NCBI GenBank assembly: GCA_033442325.1
Contig: JAWQFM010000004.1
Span: 1,684,316-1,748,315, forward strand
Length of the DNA: 64,000 nt
Source: Salpingoeca rosetta
Lineage: Eukaryota > Protista > Choanoflagellata
Reading direction: 5' to 3'
The notes under the pieces were generated by a model. It saw only the letters and a program-made list of their open reading frames with translations. It ran no database searches and was not told the origin of the DNA. The position numbers were made by a program, and so were the translations under genes. Of the stretch, positions 13,161 through 26,102 are shown one piece after another. The stretch's first letter is position 1, and each line of letters opens with the position of its first letter.

Positions 13161-13955
13161 TTGTTGGTTGACATGCGTTGCTTGGCTGACGAAAGTCTGT
13201 GAATGATGCGCACAATCTTCCGAACTTGAAGTGGCAAGTTTGTGTGTTGTGCTCGCTGGCTGGTTGGTTGGTTGCTTGGTGGCCACTGCACACGACGATG
13301 ATGGGTGCGTGTTGATTTGATGATGATGATGATGGTGATGTTTGGAGTGCTGGCAGTGGTTCTGTTACCTCTGCTGTCACAGTGGCCATGTACACAAGTG
13401 TGTAGAGGTGGTGGTGGCGACACAGAAGGTGGGAGAAGGGCTGAGATAATGGGAATGATCCTGTGCGTGAATGTGTTTGTGTGTTTGCATGCGTTGGCGC
13501 TTTCGACCTCTCGACTCTCGACTGTTGCTCACACCGACCTGACCCACCCAATCGAACGACCATCATTCGACAGGGATAGAGAGAGAGCGGTAATGTTCCC
13601 AGTGTCGCATCGCTTCGTGGAAAGAGGTCACACCGCCTCTGTTGTTTGATCCATTGGACAGTAGTTTCCACATGAGATAGGAACCACCACCACATCAGCA
13701 GCACCATCAGCAGCAGCAGTGTGTGCTGATGAGCTTCCATGCAGCATCACAGGAGGCTGACCTGCAGGAGATGGCGTGGGCAAGGAGCTGTGTATGGATC
13801 CAGTGCTGATGTGGGTGGTGGTGGTGAGAGCTGGGACGGCATCCTCAAGGTTTGATTGGGCAAGAGACGAGGGAGTACGACAAGGACGAGGAACGGATGT
13901 CATTGGGCCACCATGAGCAGAAGGACAGCGTTTGAAGTTGCTGGACGGTGAGTGA

Positions 13956-14015
<60 letters not shown>

Positions 14016-14149
14016 GAGTGCGTGAATGAGTGTGCGTGTGAGGTGGTTACAGCTTGCAATCCGATAATCCCTTCCCACTCTCACTCTGAGCTTCAACGCG
14101 CACACTGACCACCCCACATCCCTCCCCCCCCATACACACGTTTCATAGA

Positions 14150-15274
14150 TCTGCATGCGGGAGATCAAGCGGTGCCAGCAAGAATCGAGTGGCATCAGCT
14201 ATGTGCTCATCCTTGGCAACAAGTATGGCTTCCGCCCTTTCCCAGCCAAGATCCCCGATAAGGAGTTCAAGCTGCTGAAGGAGGAGATGGCCAAACAAGC
14301 CAAGCAAACTGCGTCCACTCCAACCTCAGCCGCACTCAACAAGGCCATGGAGTACATGGACGAGTGGTTCGTCCTGAATGAGAACGTCGTGCCGCCGACC
14401 CGCGAGCTCAAGCCCGTGAAGAAGGAGCACTCTGATGCGTGGTGGTCCGACATCTTCCCCACGCTGCAGATGTGTCTGCGCCAGGCAGCAACGGGAGCGC
14501 CTGGGCTGTCTAACGAGCGACGTGCCCTGTACGTGCAGAGCGTGACGGCGGAGGAGATTGACAACGGCCTGTTCAAGGTGCAGCCGAAAGAGGCGCGCGA
14601 CAAGGCGTGCTTCGTCTTTGACCGGCGCCTGGAGGGCATCGACGTTGCATCGGACCCAGACACGGCTAAGCTGTTCATCGACATGGCTGGTGGTGAGGTG
14701 GACGAGGAGGCGCAGCAGCAGCTGGAGCGATCGCGTGCGGAGGCGGTGCCGGCTGCCCTGTCACCATCTCGCATCAAGACCATGACCATCCCATGGGGAC
14801 CAGGCATCGACCTCGCTCGCACCGACCACGCAGAGTACATGCGCACCTTTGCCGACGCCTTCTGCGACACGCTGGCCGCGAACATTGAGCGTGTTGCGCG
14901 CGAGCACGCGTTTGAGAGCGACGCGGTGGTGGAGGAGGCGGCGGCGCACGCCATGTTCGGCAACCTGCGGCGTTGTGGGTTCGTGTCTACAACAGCCACT
15001 CAGCAGACGGCAGATGCTGCCCTTGCATACGTGCAACAACGCATCACGATTGGCAAAGAGGTCGCAGCTCCGTTTGCCATCTGTGGCCCATCTGGCAGTG
15101 GCAAGACTTCACTCATGGCTCATATCGCAGGTGTGTTGTGTGCGTGTGCAGTTCGTTGTGCTTTGTAGCTTCATGCGTGCATGCGTGCATGTCTGCGAAT
15201 GTCTCTTGTTGTGCTGGCCTTCATGCATGTCCTCATCGTGGGATGTGCTCTGCTTTCCTCTGTTTCATCACATG

Positions 15275-15312
<38 letters not shown>

Positions 15313-18300
15313 CACATACACACACGCCATAGGTACCATGAAGGAAGCCCACCCAAATGCCGTTGTGGTGTCGCGGTTCCTGGGCACGTCGCGGGAGAGC
15401 GGCACTGCCCGCACCCTGATGGCCAACGTGTACCGCCATATCCACCGCGCAGTGAAAGGCAAGGAGCCAGCAGCATCGCCAGCAGCCGACTTTGAAAAGC
15501 TGACAGAACAGTTTCAGGCTGCCCTCAAGCTTGGCACTGCTCGCAAGCCGTTGGTGCTCGTGCTGGACTCGCTTGACCAGCTCTCAGACGAGGACCAGGG
15601 CCGCAACCTGGAATGGCTGCCGCTCGCATCGCTGCCGCCAAACTGCGCCATCGTCGTGTCCACTCTGCCGGATGTGGGCGGATGCTGGGAGGTGCTCAAG
15701 GCCACGCTGCCAGACACCAACCAGCAGCACGTGGCCAAGATCAGCAAAGACGACGCAGACGGCATCCTGAGCACGCCGATGCCAAGCGGTCCCTCACCCC
15801 TGCACAGCGCAGTGTTGTGCTGGGCGTCTACGAGTCCTGCCCGACACCGCTGTACCTCCGCATCTGCACGCAGTTCTTTGCGCTTCGCTGGAACCACACG
15901 GACGCAATTGCACCCGACTTCTTCCCCAAGACGGTGGAGGGCCTGATGGAGAAGGTGTTTGATGAGCTGGAGACGCGACACGGCAAGGAGACGGTGCGGG
16001 CGGCGCTCGGGTACCTCTCTGCCTCGCGCGGCGGACTCAGCGACAATGAGATGGAGGATCTGCTGTCCTGCAACGACACCGTCCTGGACGAGATCTACGA
16101 GTGGTGGGTGCCACCCGTCCGCCGCGTGCCCCCGCTGATCTGGGCACGCATCGTGTCTGACCTGGAGGGCGCGTTGGTGGAGCGTGGCGCTGAGGGCGGC
16201 GTTACTGTCCGTGCATGGTACCATCGCCAGCACCGCGAGGCAGCAGAGCGACGCTACCTCGGCCTCAACTCGCGCAGCGGTGCTGGAAATGACACGGGTG
16301 ATGATAGCGACGGTAACGGTGATGGTGCTGGTGATGGCAGCACTGCCACGTCCTCGTCCACGACCACTACCACCGCAGCCTCCACTTCCACCACCACCAC
16401 GGCCTTGACGGTGCAGCGGCACGGCGAGCTTGCAGACTACTTCAGCGGCAAGTGGGAGCACGGCCGCCACCTGCACGACAAGACGGACGACGCGAGTGCT
16501 CTGCGCGACCGCAAAGTGGCGTCCATGAAGACGGTGCTGGCTGGTCGGCTCGATGACCCGCGCTCCGGTGTTGTGGTCAACGCACGCAAGGTTGCCGTGC
16601 TGCCGTTCCACCTCATGCATGCGCAGCGGTGGGAGGAGTGCGCGACAACGCTGTGCGACCTCGAGTTCATCGAGGCCAAGGCAACAGCGGGGATGGTGCG
16701 GCAGCTGGTGGCAGACTTTGAAGACCTGCTGCGCAGTGGTGGTGGTTCTAGTGGTGGTCATGGTGGCGCACTGGAGAGCCTGCTCAAGAAACACAGCTTC
16801 GACATCTGGGCGCGATTTGTGGCTCGCAATGCCCTCATCTTCGAGCGTACGCCTGGCGCTGTGGTGGCGCGCGCCTCGCTGTATCCAGACGAGACAGCGG
16901 TGTTCAAGGCGGCAGAAACTCTGTTGTCCACGCCAGGCTGCCGCCTACCACGTGTTCGACAATACAACAAGCCACAAGAGCTTGACCCACTTGTGTGCGT
17001 GTGTTCCGCAAGGTGGTTTTCCGACGTTCGGGATGTCATCTTTACTCGAGATAGTCGTTGGGTGTGCGGGTGTGGCTCTCCTAGTGGAGCTGGAGATGTT
17101 CACGTGTGGGAAGCACGGACTGGCACTCCTGTGGCGAGGTTGCGTAAGCCCAATGACAACGCAAAGGCAGCGCGCATTGTTCAGCTGCCATCGGGCCTCA
17201 TTGCAGTTGCCTGCACAGATGGAAAGGTGTATGTGCGGAAGCTGGCAACGCACGAGGTCACGCGCTGTGTGGAGGTGTTTGACCCTGAGTCGGAGGAGCT
17301 TTGCGTGTTGCGGATGACCGACGACGATGCCCTGGTGTGGATGATGACTGGTGACAAACCTCCAAAGCCAAAACATCCCCTACAACTGAGGAGAGATGGC
17401 GATGATGATGACGATGATGTGCCAGGCGTGACGCGCATCATGCTGTTCAGTGTTGACTTCAGTCATTGTGTGTGGAAGTGCACGATGCAAGACAAGCTGT
17501 GTTGTGGGCAGATCCGCAACAACACGCTGGTCGCAGGTACGAAGAGCGGCAGCGTCATCTGGTTTGAGCTCAAAGGACTTCCGACGCCATCTCAGCGTCC
17601 CGCCCAATCGTCCATGGCAGGAGACCAGGCAGCCTTGGTGCAGGTTGCCCGCTACAACATGGAACGCAGGAGCCCTGCTGTAACAACCCTATGCCTGCTG
17701 CATGGGGGCCTTGATGTTGTCGTGTACTGGGGCTCGCATCTGTACAAGCTGAAAGCTGACGGAACAATGGTGGCGCGGGTTCTCTGCGCCATGGTTGGAA
17801 GCGCAAGGACCTTGGCTGCCAGCGGATCCCTTGTGGTGGTGGGTGGATTTGGGGATTCTACGAAGGTGTATGACGTAACCACGATGACGTCGCTGCGCTC
17901 CGTGGGACCAGCGCCCACCGGCATTGTTACTCTCTCTCCAGATGACACGTTGCTGGCTGTTGGAGGAAGCGACACCCTGGTCTCTGTGTTTGATTGGGAG
18001 GAGATCAAACTCAGCAACAACGCAGGCGCGAAGCAGACAAGGTCGACTGCATCACTGGCCACACCCACGATTGCGCTCATGGCAGCCCCACCACATCGTC
18101 AGCAGCAACAACGACAGCCGCAAAACGTCGTAGTTTTCATCGGATCGGGTGGATCAGGTGCCAAGCATGCGCTTGCTTTGTACGAAGCAGCAAACATGAC
18201 AGCGGTCAAGGCCATTGACATACACAACAGCGGTGACTTTTGGAGCTTCAACCAGATGAGCGGAAGTCCTGATGGACGCATCGTCCTTTGTTACTCCGGC

Positions 18301-19179
18301 ACAGACAAAGCCATTACGGCTGTCAACACGGTCACTAGCGACGTGCACAAGAATGTCATTACGAGTCGGAAGACACACCGAGACTGGCAAGTGTTCTTCG
18401 CACCAACAAGCGACTCGTGCGTGCTGATTGATGGGTGTGATGTGTTCCTCCTGGCGCTGCCGGCGTGCAAGCAAGTGGTCGTGCGTGACCCTGAGTACGT
18501 GCACACCGAACTCGGGGTCACTGACGAAGTCACTTGTTGCGTTTGGCACCCTCAGTACCCGCATGTGCGTCAATTCGCCACCGGGTCGAAGAACCACACA
18601 GCACGGCTGTGGCAACTCAACACAGACGATGAAGGCAACATTGTCGAGGTGGCAGACGTGCGGGTGTTTGCAGGCCATAAAGGGCCTGTGTACAGTTTGG
18701 CGATGTGCACGGATGACCAAGGTGGTGTTTTACTGGCAACGTTTGCAGCAAAAAATGGCATTCAGCTGTGGAACCTGAATGACGGAGCGTCCCCCATTCG
18801 ATCCTTGTCCGACCCTTTCTCCAGCGACTATTCGCTGTTGTGGCTTCCAAGGCAAAGGTTGCTGGCCACGTACACCCGTGGAGGGCGTAATCTGGAGTGC
18901 AGGAACCTGTCAGGAGAAGTGGTTCGCGCCATCAAGCTTGGACCACACTGGATGATACTGCACCCCAGTGAGAAATACCTTGTTGTGCCGTCCTATGGTG
19001 GCTTTCAGCTGCTGGATGCAAACACGTTGGAGGTCGCCTTTCAGTCCTTTGGCCACGACGGCGAGGTGTCCTACGGGAACCTGCGAGCAGTGCGCATGGC
19101 ACCCGATGGACTCCACTTTGTTTCCCAGTCAGCGGACAACATCATCCTCGTGCACGACTTATCACTGCTGCCGCTTTGA
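14150..19179 (+). CDS. NWD1/NWD2-like protein: DUF4062-like N-terminus, NACHT NTPase, WD40 repeats; 5' exons unclear, frameshift at about 15775
   Basis: ICMREIKRCQQES...LGNKYGFRPFP; Walker A GPSGSGKTS; intron 15131-15332; VVSRFLGTS; Walker B LVLVLDSLDQL; GLSDNEMEDLLS, WYHRQ; WD motifs (FATGSKNHTARLW, GHKGPVYSL). Confidence 0.85.
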
Positions 19180-19379
19180 AGGCGTGAAGTTGATTTGCGT
19201 TGGTGTGTGCGCGTGCGTGTGTGTCTATTTGTTGCCTGTTTTCTTCTTTCAAACTGTTACTCTCCCATTTCGGCCGGTTGGTCTGCTGAGAACATGCCGT
19301 TGGCTGCCTCCATTTACCCTTGCCATTGCTCTGTCGGAACACCAGCCATTCCACTGCACCAACAGAACAGGGACGTCAG

Positions 19380-19469
<90 letters not shown>

Positions 19470-19871
19470 AATGGCTGTCCCTTTGATTGAACCCGTGCAT
19501 CCATGAGTGATTGTTGTGATGGAAATGGCGTGACTGGCGAAAGGCGATGCAGTTGGTTGTACATACACATTGGAGATGAACAGGGGCAAAGCAAACAACA
19601 CAAAAAAGGGTGCTGGAATGATAATGCTGGGTGACGCAACAAGAAAGCGGAGAGCTGAGCACAAGACATGAGCGCACACGCATACACGCACAGAAACAGA
19701 TGCAGATGCAACTGAAAGGGTGCAGGACGTGTTGTGCCAACAGTCACGTGCAGCAGAAGAAGGGGAAAGGCGCAGAAGGGTAATCGAATGATCCGTGCGC
19801 AGGGTGAGGGTGTCTTCAACAAGCTTTGAAATGTAGTTGCGATACGGCAAACAACATCGATATTGACCAGT

Positions 19872-20640
19872 TCAGCATCCTGGATCGATGACGAGCACAA
19901 ACTCCGCGTTGGCGGGAGGAATGCAGTGGACAAGGCCATCATTCACAACAAGCAAGCACGCCTCCTGATGCTGGTCGTTGATGTTGCCGTTAGGGGTGCA
20001 AGCACGCCGCCAGACCACTGCACTGTAATCGCTGCGTGTGGAGCTGTGCCGATGGCAAGCATCGTCGTCGAATGATCTGCTGGGACATTGTTGATGAGGT
20101 CGTTGCCTGCTTGTGAGGTCGCCTCCCGCACCACGCTTCGTGGGATGCAGCAGTAGTGGATGATGCCATTTCTGGCTGGCGTGCCTCACCAGACAGCTGT
20201 GGTGGTGGTTCTTGAATCAATCGAGGATAGTGGATAGAGTGTCGTAGTCGCTGATAAGGGGCCCTGTCCTTGTTTGCAACCAGGGATGATTCAGCATGTA
20301 AATGAGGCCGTTGCTCGCTGGAACTGTGGTCGTTGCGTCGAACAGGGAGTGGATGGAAGGGATCGACGAAGGGCACAGATGCACGTCTCTGCGCACAGAT
20401 CAAGTGGTTGTTGCTGTTTTTGTTGTCGGCCATTGCACCACCCATGCCACGTTGCCATATCCCGTGTGGTTTGCTGAGGTCACGCACGTCACTTGCTGCT
20501 TCAGCGTGTCACACGATGGTGCGTTGTCTATGAGGCGTCCTCGCCATTGGCTGATGGGTGCTCCTGCACCATATGTGCTCCATTCTCTGCTGCACTGGTG
20601 CAAGCACACGCTGTTGCTCATGTCCATCACGCCTGTTGAC
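19872..20640 (-). pseudogene. Decayed copy of the 7-bladed propeller family
   Basis: Ends in the family signature GLVHCIPP...VLVIDPGC*; upstream fragments (QWSGGVLAP, GMGGAMADN) fall in different frames. 5' limit approximate. Confidence 0.75.
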
Positions 20641-22635
20641 TGACTTGAGCCCATCAGTGGGATGGATGGTGTTGATGTGTTGATGTGTTGATGTGGAAGG
20701 GAAGGTGTCAACCTTGTGTCAACCAGAGCTGTGATCCTGCCCATCAACCACCTCGCTCGTTTTCTCTTGCACAACACATGGTCCTGCCACCACTGTGGTG
20801 CACCTGTCTGTGTCTGTGGCAAGAGCCATCAGTGCAGCAAACGAGCAAGAAGGCGAAGAAGCACACAGATGGCGTCCACATGCGTCGCAAGCAAGCGACA
20901 GAGCGAGCATGCACTGGCTGGCTTGTTGCGGCAGTGGAGAGTGTGTGCGACAACACAATAACTGTTGTGTGTATTGTGTATTGTTTTCGTTTTCTTTGTG
21001 CTGCAGGGCGGGAAAGTGCTTCCAAATCGGGGGGCAGGTGTTGCCAGAAACGCAAGGATTTTCCTTCTCTGTCAACATGGCAAGCAAAGAAGGAAACAAA
21101 CAGTGTGGTGCGTTTTGTCAATGTGAGCGCCACTCTTTTCGCCAACAAGAAGCAAAGGACAGAAAGCAAAAGGAAAGAAAACGAGCAAGCACACTGCGTG
21201 GATGGTTTGTGGATGCGAGAGTGGATGCGATCACAAAGAAGGCCTTCCTCGCGTGCACGCAAGCCAGCCAGCAAGCACTTCGTCGTGGTTGTGGTGCAAC
21301 AAGAAGGACACCTGCTGCGCGTGTGTTATTGATCTGTTGCACAAGCAGTGGCAGCCACTCCACGATGCAGTGGGCAATGGAACCGTGCTCTTTGTGTCGC
21401 ACACACACATGACGGTTCAAGAAGATGACACGTGCTGGACGTGTTCAGCGTGCTGTTGCTTTGAGAGTTTGCACATGAAGAAGGAGCAGGCAGCGCAAGG
21501 TAACAGCAATGTGTGCGTAGAAAGACAGTGTGTTGCAAAACACTCTACTCACTCCACTGACTGCTCCCACCAACCACTGCCTTGCAATCCGATCTGACCA
21601 CCTTTCACACCACCCTGCTGCTACCATATCAGGAAGCATCTGCCACAAGAACCAACCCCCTCCCCGACTCTCATGCAAGCGCCTGCTCAACGCTCGACCT
21701 CCAAAGCGCTCACAATGTAAGCCGGCTGCAGTCACGTCCCCGTTCATCACTTCAATTCGTCCTCGATCACTCGCATGCGCACGCTCATGCACGCACACAA
21801 ACGCACACATGTGACATTGCCACCACCACCACCTGCAGTCACACAGCGTGGGCGGCCGCAGGAGAGCAGACTGGGGATGAGCGTGGTTGAAGTGCCAAAG
21901 GAGGAGGGCAAAACAGCTCGTGCACGAAGCAGAGGACATGGCAGAGGGTACATCCATCCTCAGCAATCACACCAGCGCCACCACAATGAACGCGGCACCA
22001 CTGCTGCAACCACTGCTTGGGGCGGCATCAGGCCCATTCCCACCAGCATTGCCTGCGCCTGTACATGGGCCAGCAGCGCCACCGTCTCTAACGCATGCCA
22101 TGGTGCCGACATTGTCAACAACACCAGTCATCACAAGCACATTGCCGCCGCTGCAGCGGGATTGCAGTGCAGCCGCCAAAATGTCGACCTCATCCGCAGC
22201 AACGGCAACGACAGCAACAACAGCTGTGATGGCAGCAGAAGCAGCGGCAGCAGTAGGGCTTGTCCACCTTCCTTTCCTAACACGGTGCCACCGTTACCTC
22301 ATGTCTGCGGCGACGGCTACAGCGACAGCGCCACGGCCGTTCAGGGGCACCCTTCTGTCGCGGACTCCCTTGATGGCATCACCATCATCCTCATCGTCGT
22401 CTTCTTCACCCCATCACAGTCATCAACAACAGCGGCAGAAGCAGCAACACCAGCAGCACCACCGGCGAGCACTGCTACACCACCAGTATCGCTCTCGGCA
22501 TATGCAGCGCTTGCAGACGGGCAGCTGGGGACGGATGAGATTCGCTCGGCTGTCGGTAAGCAATACACACACCAGTGTGTTGTGGTTGTGGAGTCCAGCG
22601 CATGCTCGATGACACGCGTCGTGTGAGCTCACTCC

Positions 22636-22720
<85 letters not shown>

Positions 22721-22996
22721 ATGATTGAACGGGCTTTTGAATCCAAGCGCGCTTCGGGGGCAGCGACGACGATGCTCGCAAACATGGCCGGTTCAAAGTA
22801 GCAGACAGGCTGTGTGTGTCTGTGTCTGTGTCTGTCTGTGCGTGCGTATCTGTGTGTGTGTGTGTGGTGTGTGTGTGTCTGGCTGTCTGTGTGTGTGAAT
22901 CGCCGCGCATGTGTACGCATGCACTTCGTCTCCTTCACTTCCCTCATTCCCTCACGTCCTCTCCCGCGACGCACGCGCCTGCACTTGCAAACAGCT

Positions 22997-23389
22997 ATGG
23001 CGCATTCCTTTCCTGCGCCATACGACGGCACGGTGTACGTGGCAGACTCATCAACGCAGTCTTCCACCGAGGAACAGACAGCGGTGCCTGGGCCACCAGC
23101 CGCGCAAGCTGTACAACACCGAGGCAGACGCACGCCGTGCACCTCAGGGGATGTGCCACAGCAGCAAGACGGCGTGTCGTGTGGCCTGTTTGCGCTGGCT
23201 TACGCCACACTGCCGGCTGCTGGCCTGCATCCGCTCGACTTGAACTGCGTCAGCATGACGGCACACCAGCTGCGCACGTGGTACTTTCAGTGCGTGGCTG
23301 ATCGGGAGGCAGACGTTGTGGAGCTGCTGCTCATGAAGCTGCTGCAAGGGGCACAAGTCAGCCCTCCTTGGCTGGTACTATCTGTGTGA
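22997..23389 (+). pseudogene. Ulp1/C48 peptidase C-terminal fragment
   Basis: VPQQQDGVSCGLFALAYA matches the Q-Q-x-[ND]-x-x-x-C-G catalytic motif; no clear upstream His/Asp exon. Confidence 0.5.
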
Positions 23390-23689
23390 ATGTGTGGATG
23401 GGCACCTGTCACGTGCACATCACTGTTCCCTTGTGGCTTACTCTCCCCATCCTGCTTGTGCTCCAAGACATGGACTGACTCATGAGACTGCGTAATTCCT
23501 TGTGCGGGACCAGTACACTACAACCTCACATCTTGCATATGCTGCCAACCGAACGAATACATCATCAAAGAAGCAGCTGCCGCTGTTGTAACACTCCGAA
23601 TCATGATGTGAACAAACGAGAGCGAGCAAGTGCTCGACACGCACGCACGCACGCACGCGCACACACACAGACACAGACACACAGACACA

Positions 23690-23744
<55 letters not shown>

Positions 23745-23766
23745 CACTGCTCCCTTCGCAAGCTGC

Positions 23767-25461
23767 TCAGGCCTTCGTGCAGCCTGGGTCGATGACAAGC
23801 AGCGAAAATGTCAAACAAGGTGGGGCATAAATCAGGCCATTGGTCGCCTGAACGCCATCCCACCACTTACAGTCTGATGACCCCAAACCGCTCGTTGGTA
23901 AGGTGTTGAAGGAGTTGTCGTTGGTGTTGATGACGAGAATGTTGGCTGCTTTGTATGGAATACACACAATGCGGCCATCTTCCAGGAGCACGCCTCCTCT
24001 CCATTTGTCTCCTCCAGATGACAACCCAGACACCAGGGTGCGCTCATTGGTGCGGGGGTCGATCACCATCACACTTCCTGCCTCGTAAGGAACGCCGTAA
24101 ATCAGGCCGTTGGGCGCAAGCACGGTGCCGGCCCACTTATCGCCGATCCCAAACCCAGTGATGCTCTTCGTGTTTGCAGATTTCCCAACAGGATCGATGA
24201 TCAAGACGCTCTGTGCGGCGTATGGGATGCTGTAGATGTGCCCATTTGTCGCCTGGGCTCCGCCATACCACTTGCAACAACCGGTTCCGAACCCGGTGAT
24301 GCTCGTAGTATCAGTCGCGTTTGCCTGTGTATCAATGAACAGCACTGAGGAAGACGACCACGGTATTGCCACGATGACGGTGCCATTGTCCACGGCCAAG
24401 CCAGTCACCCACTTGTTGCCCAGTGAGGGTAGATCGGACATGGACGTTGTGTCAGTGGCATTTGTGCTTGGGTCGAGAACAAACACAGAAGAGCCATCAC
24501 GAGGGAAGCCGTAGATCTTGCCTTGTGCATCCGACGCCCATCCACACCACTTGCGACGATTATCATCCGGGTCAAGGGTCAGAGACGTTGTGTCAAGGGT
24601 GTGAGTGACTGGGTCTAGCACCAGTACACTCGTGCCTTTGCTCGGTATACCGTACACGAGGCCCGTATGTGCCACAGCAAGTGTGAGCCACTGACTGCCG
24701 AAACTTGCAACATTCGCCAATGTGGTTCTATCTGCGTATGGCCGCCTCAAGAAGCAGGTCATGGCTTGCAGTGCCTCGATGGTGCTCTGCTGTGCCTCGA
24801 TGGTGCTCTGCTGTGCGACGTTTGTGCTGTGCTCCTCATTGATCAGGCTGAGCTGTGCCTCGATGGTGCTCTGCTGTGCCTGGATGGTGCTCTGCTGTGC
24901 CTGGATGGTGCTCTGCTGTGCGACGTTTGTGCTGTGCTCCTCATTGATGGTAGTCTGCTGTGCCTCGATGGCGCTCTGCTGTGCGACGTTTGTACTGTGC
25001 TCCTCATTGATGGTAGTCTGCTGTGCCTCGATGGCGCTCTGCTGTGCGACGTTTGTACTGTGCTCCTCATTGATGGTAGTCTGCTGTGCCTCGATGGCGC
25101 TCTGCTGTGCGACGTTTGTACTGTGCTCCTCATTGATGGTGCTCTGCTGTGCCTCGATGGTGCTCTGCTGTGCGACGTTTGTGCTGTGCTCCTCATTGAT
25201 CAGGCTGAGCTGTGCCTCGATGGTGCTCTGCTGTGCGACGTTTGTGCTGTATTGTGTCTCAATCAGCGCTTGTTGTCTCAACAGCATGCCAGTCACATCC
25301 ACTCCATTCACGTGCACCGGTTGCTGCAACGGGTCTGTCGTGTTGATATGAAACGCGCCCGTCGAGTCTTCCTCCATAACCACCTCCGCCACGCAGGCAG
25401 CGCTTGAAAGCCACAGATACAACACCAGGACAAGAAGTGTCCTTCTGAGTCCAATGCTCAT
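23767..25461 (-). CDS. Secreted protein: signal peptide, leader domain, long coiled-coil stalk, 7-bladed beta-propeller
   Basis: MSIGLRRTLLVLVLYLWLSSAACVA; EEDSTGAFHINT...VHVNGVDV; heptad repeats; seven ~49-aa KWxGGxxAxNGxIYxxP repeats; ends VIDPGCTKA. Confidence 0.85.
   Translation of the reverse strand: MSIGLRRTLLVLVLYLWLSSAACVAEVVMEEDSTGAFHINTTDPLQQPVHVNGVDVTGMLLRQQALIETQYSTNVAQQSTIEAQLSLINEEHSTNVAQQSTIEAQQSTINEEHSTNVAQQSAIEAQQTTINEEHSTNVAQQSAIEAQQTTINEEHSTNVAQQSAIEAQQTTINEEHSTNVAQQSTIQAQQSTIQAQQSTIEAQLSLINEEHSTNVAQQSTIEAQQSTIEALQAMTCFLRRPYADRTTLANVASFGSQWLTLAVAHTGLVYGIPSKGTSVLVLDPVTHTLDTTSLTLDPDDNRRKWCGWASDAQGKIYGFPRDGSSVFVLDPSTNATDTTSMSDLPSLGNKWVTGLAVDNGTVIVAIPWSSSSVLFIDTQANATDTTSITGFGTGCCKWYGGAQATNGHIYSIPYAAQSVLIIDPVGKSANTKSITGFGIGDKWAGTVLAPNGLIYGVPYEAGSVMVIDPRTNERTLVSGLSSGGDKWRGGVLLEDGRIVCIPYKAANILVINTNDNSFNTLPTSGLGSSDCKWWDGVQATNGLIYAPPCLTFSLLVIDPGCTKA
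24770..25262 (-). repeat. 63-bp/21-bp coding tandem repeat (EEHSTNVAQQSTIEAQQSTIN), coiled coil
   Basis: Near-identical units visible in DNA and protein. Confidence 0.92.
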
Positions 25462-26102
25462 TGCTCCAGCGAAATCACGAGAACAACGGTGTCCCACTGT
25501 CACTTGCATGGCCGCTTGCCGTGTGGAGGTAGGGATGGGAACGTTTAGGTGGGAAGCACAGTTGCACGCCTTCATCTCCGCAGCTTTTGTTGCTGGCTTG
25601 TAGAGTTGCGTTGTGGAAGCCTCATAGGATGCCACACGACAAACGCAACACGCGAGGCCGTTTTGCGTGTTGGAAAAATCTTCTCCACTTCCAGTCGTCC
25701 AATGTGCATCGTAAGTCTGCAGTCGCCATCACGAAGCACCACCACGACCACCACCTTCCTACCTTCAATCTGTGTCAACAGAACAACACAAGTACATCAA
25801 AACGACACACGTAAGCTGTGCACAGCATCTGATATACTGTCTGGTTTCTCAATGTTATGTTGTTCATCGTGACGGTGCCAACACTGCCTTTTGAGTCTTG
25901 GAGTCTGTGATGTACGAGTTCATAGTTCATCAACACAAATAAAGCAGACAAGACGACACAGAACAAGCGGAGGAAGAGGAGGAGTATTGGGGGAATGCGT
26001 GCTGCGGAGTCCCACAAGCAACCCAAGAATGAAGACGCAATCAACAAAGGGGGGGGGGAGTGAGATCATGCAAGCAAGAATACACGCCAAGGGATACAAA
26101 TG

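Noticed and set aside
13850-13950. First exon of the NACHT gene or a DYW-like fragment
   Set aside because: Contains stops and lacks the expected motifs.
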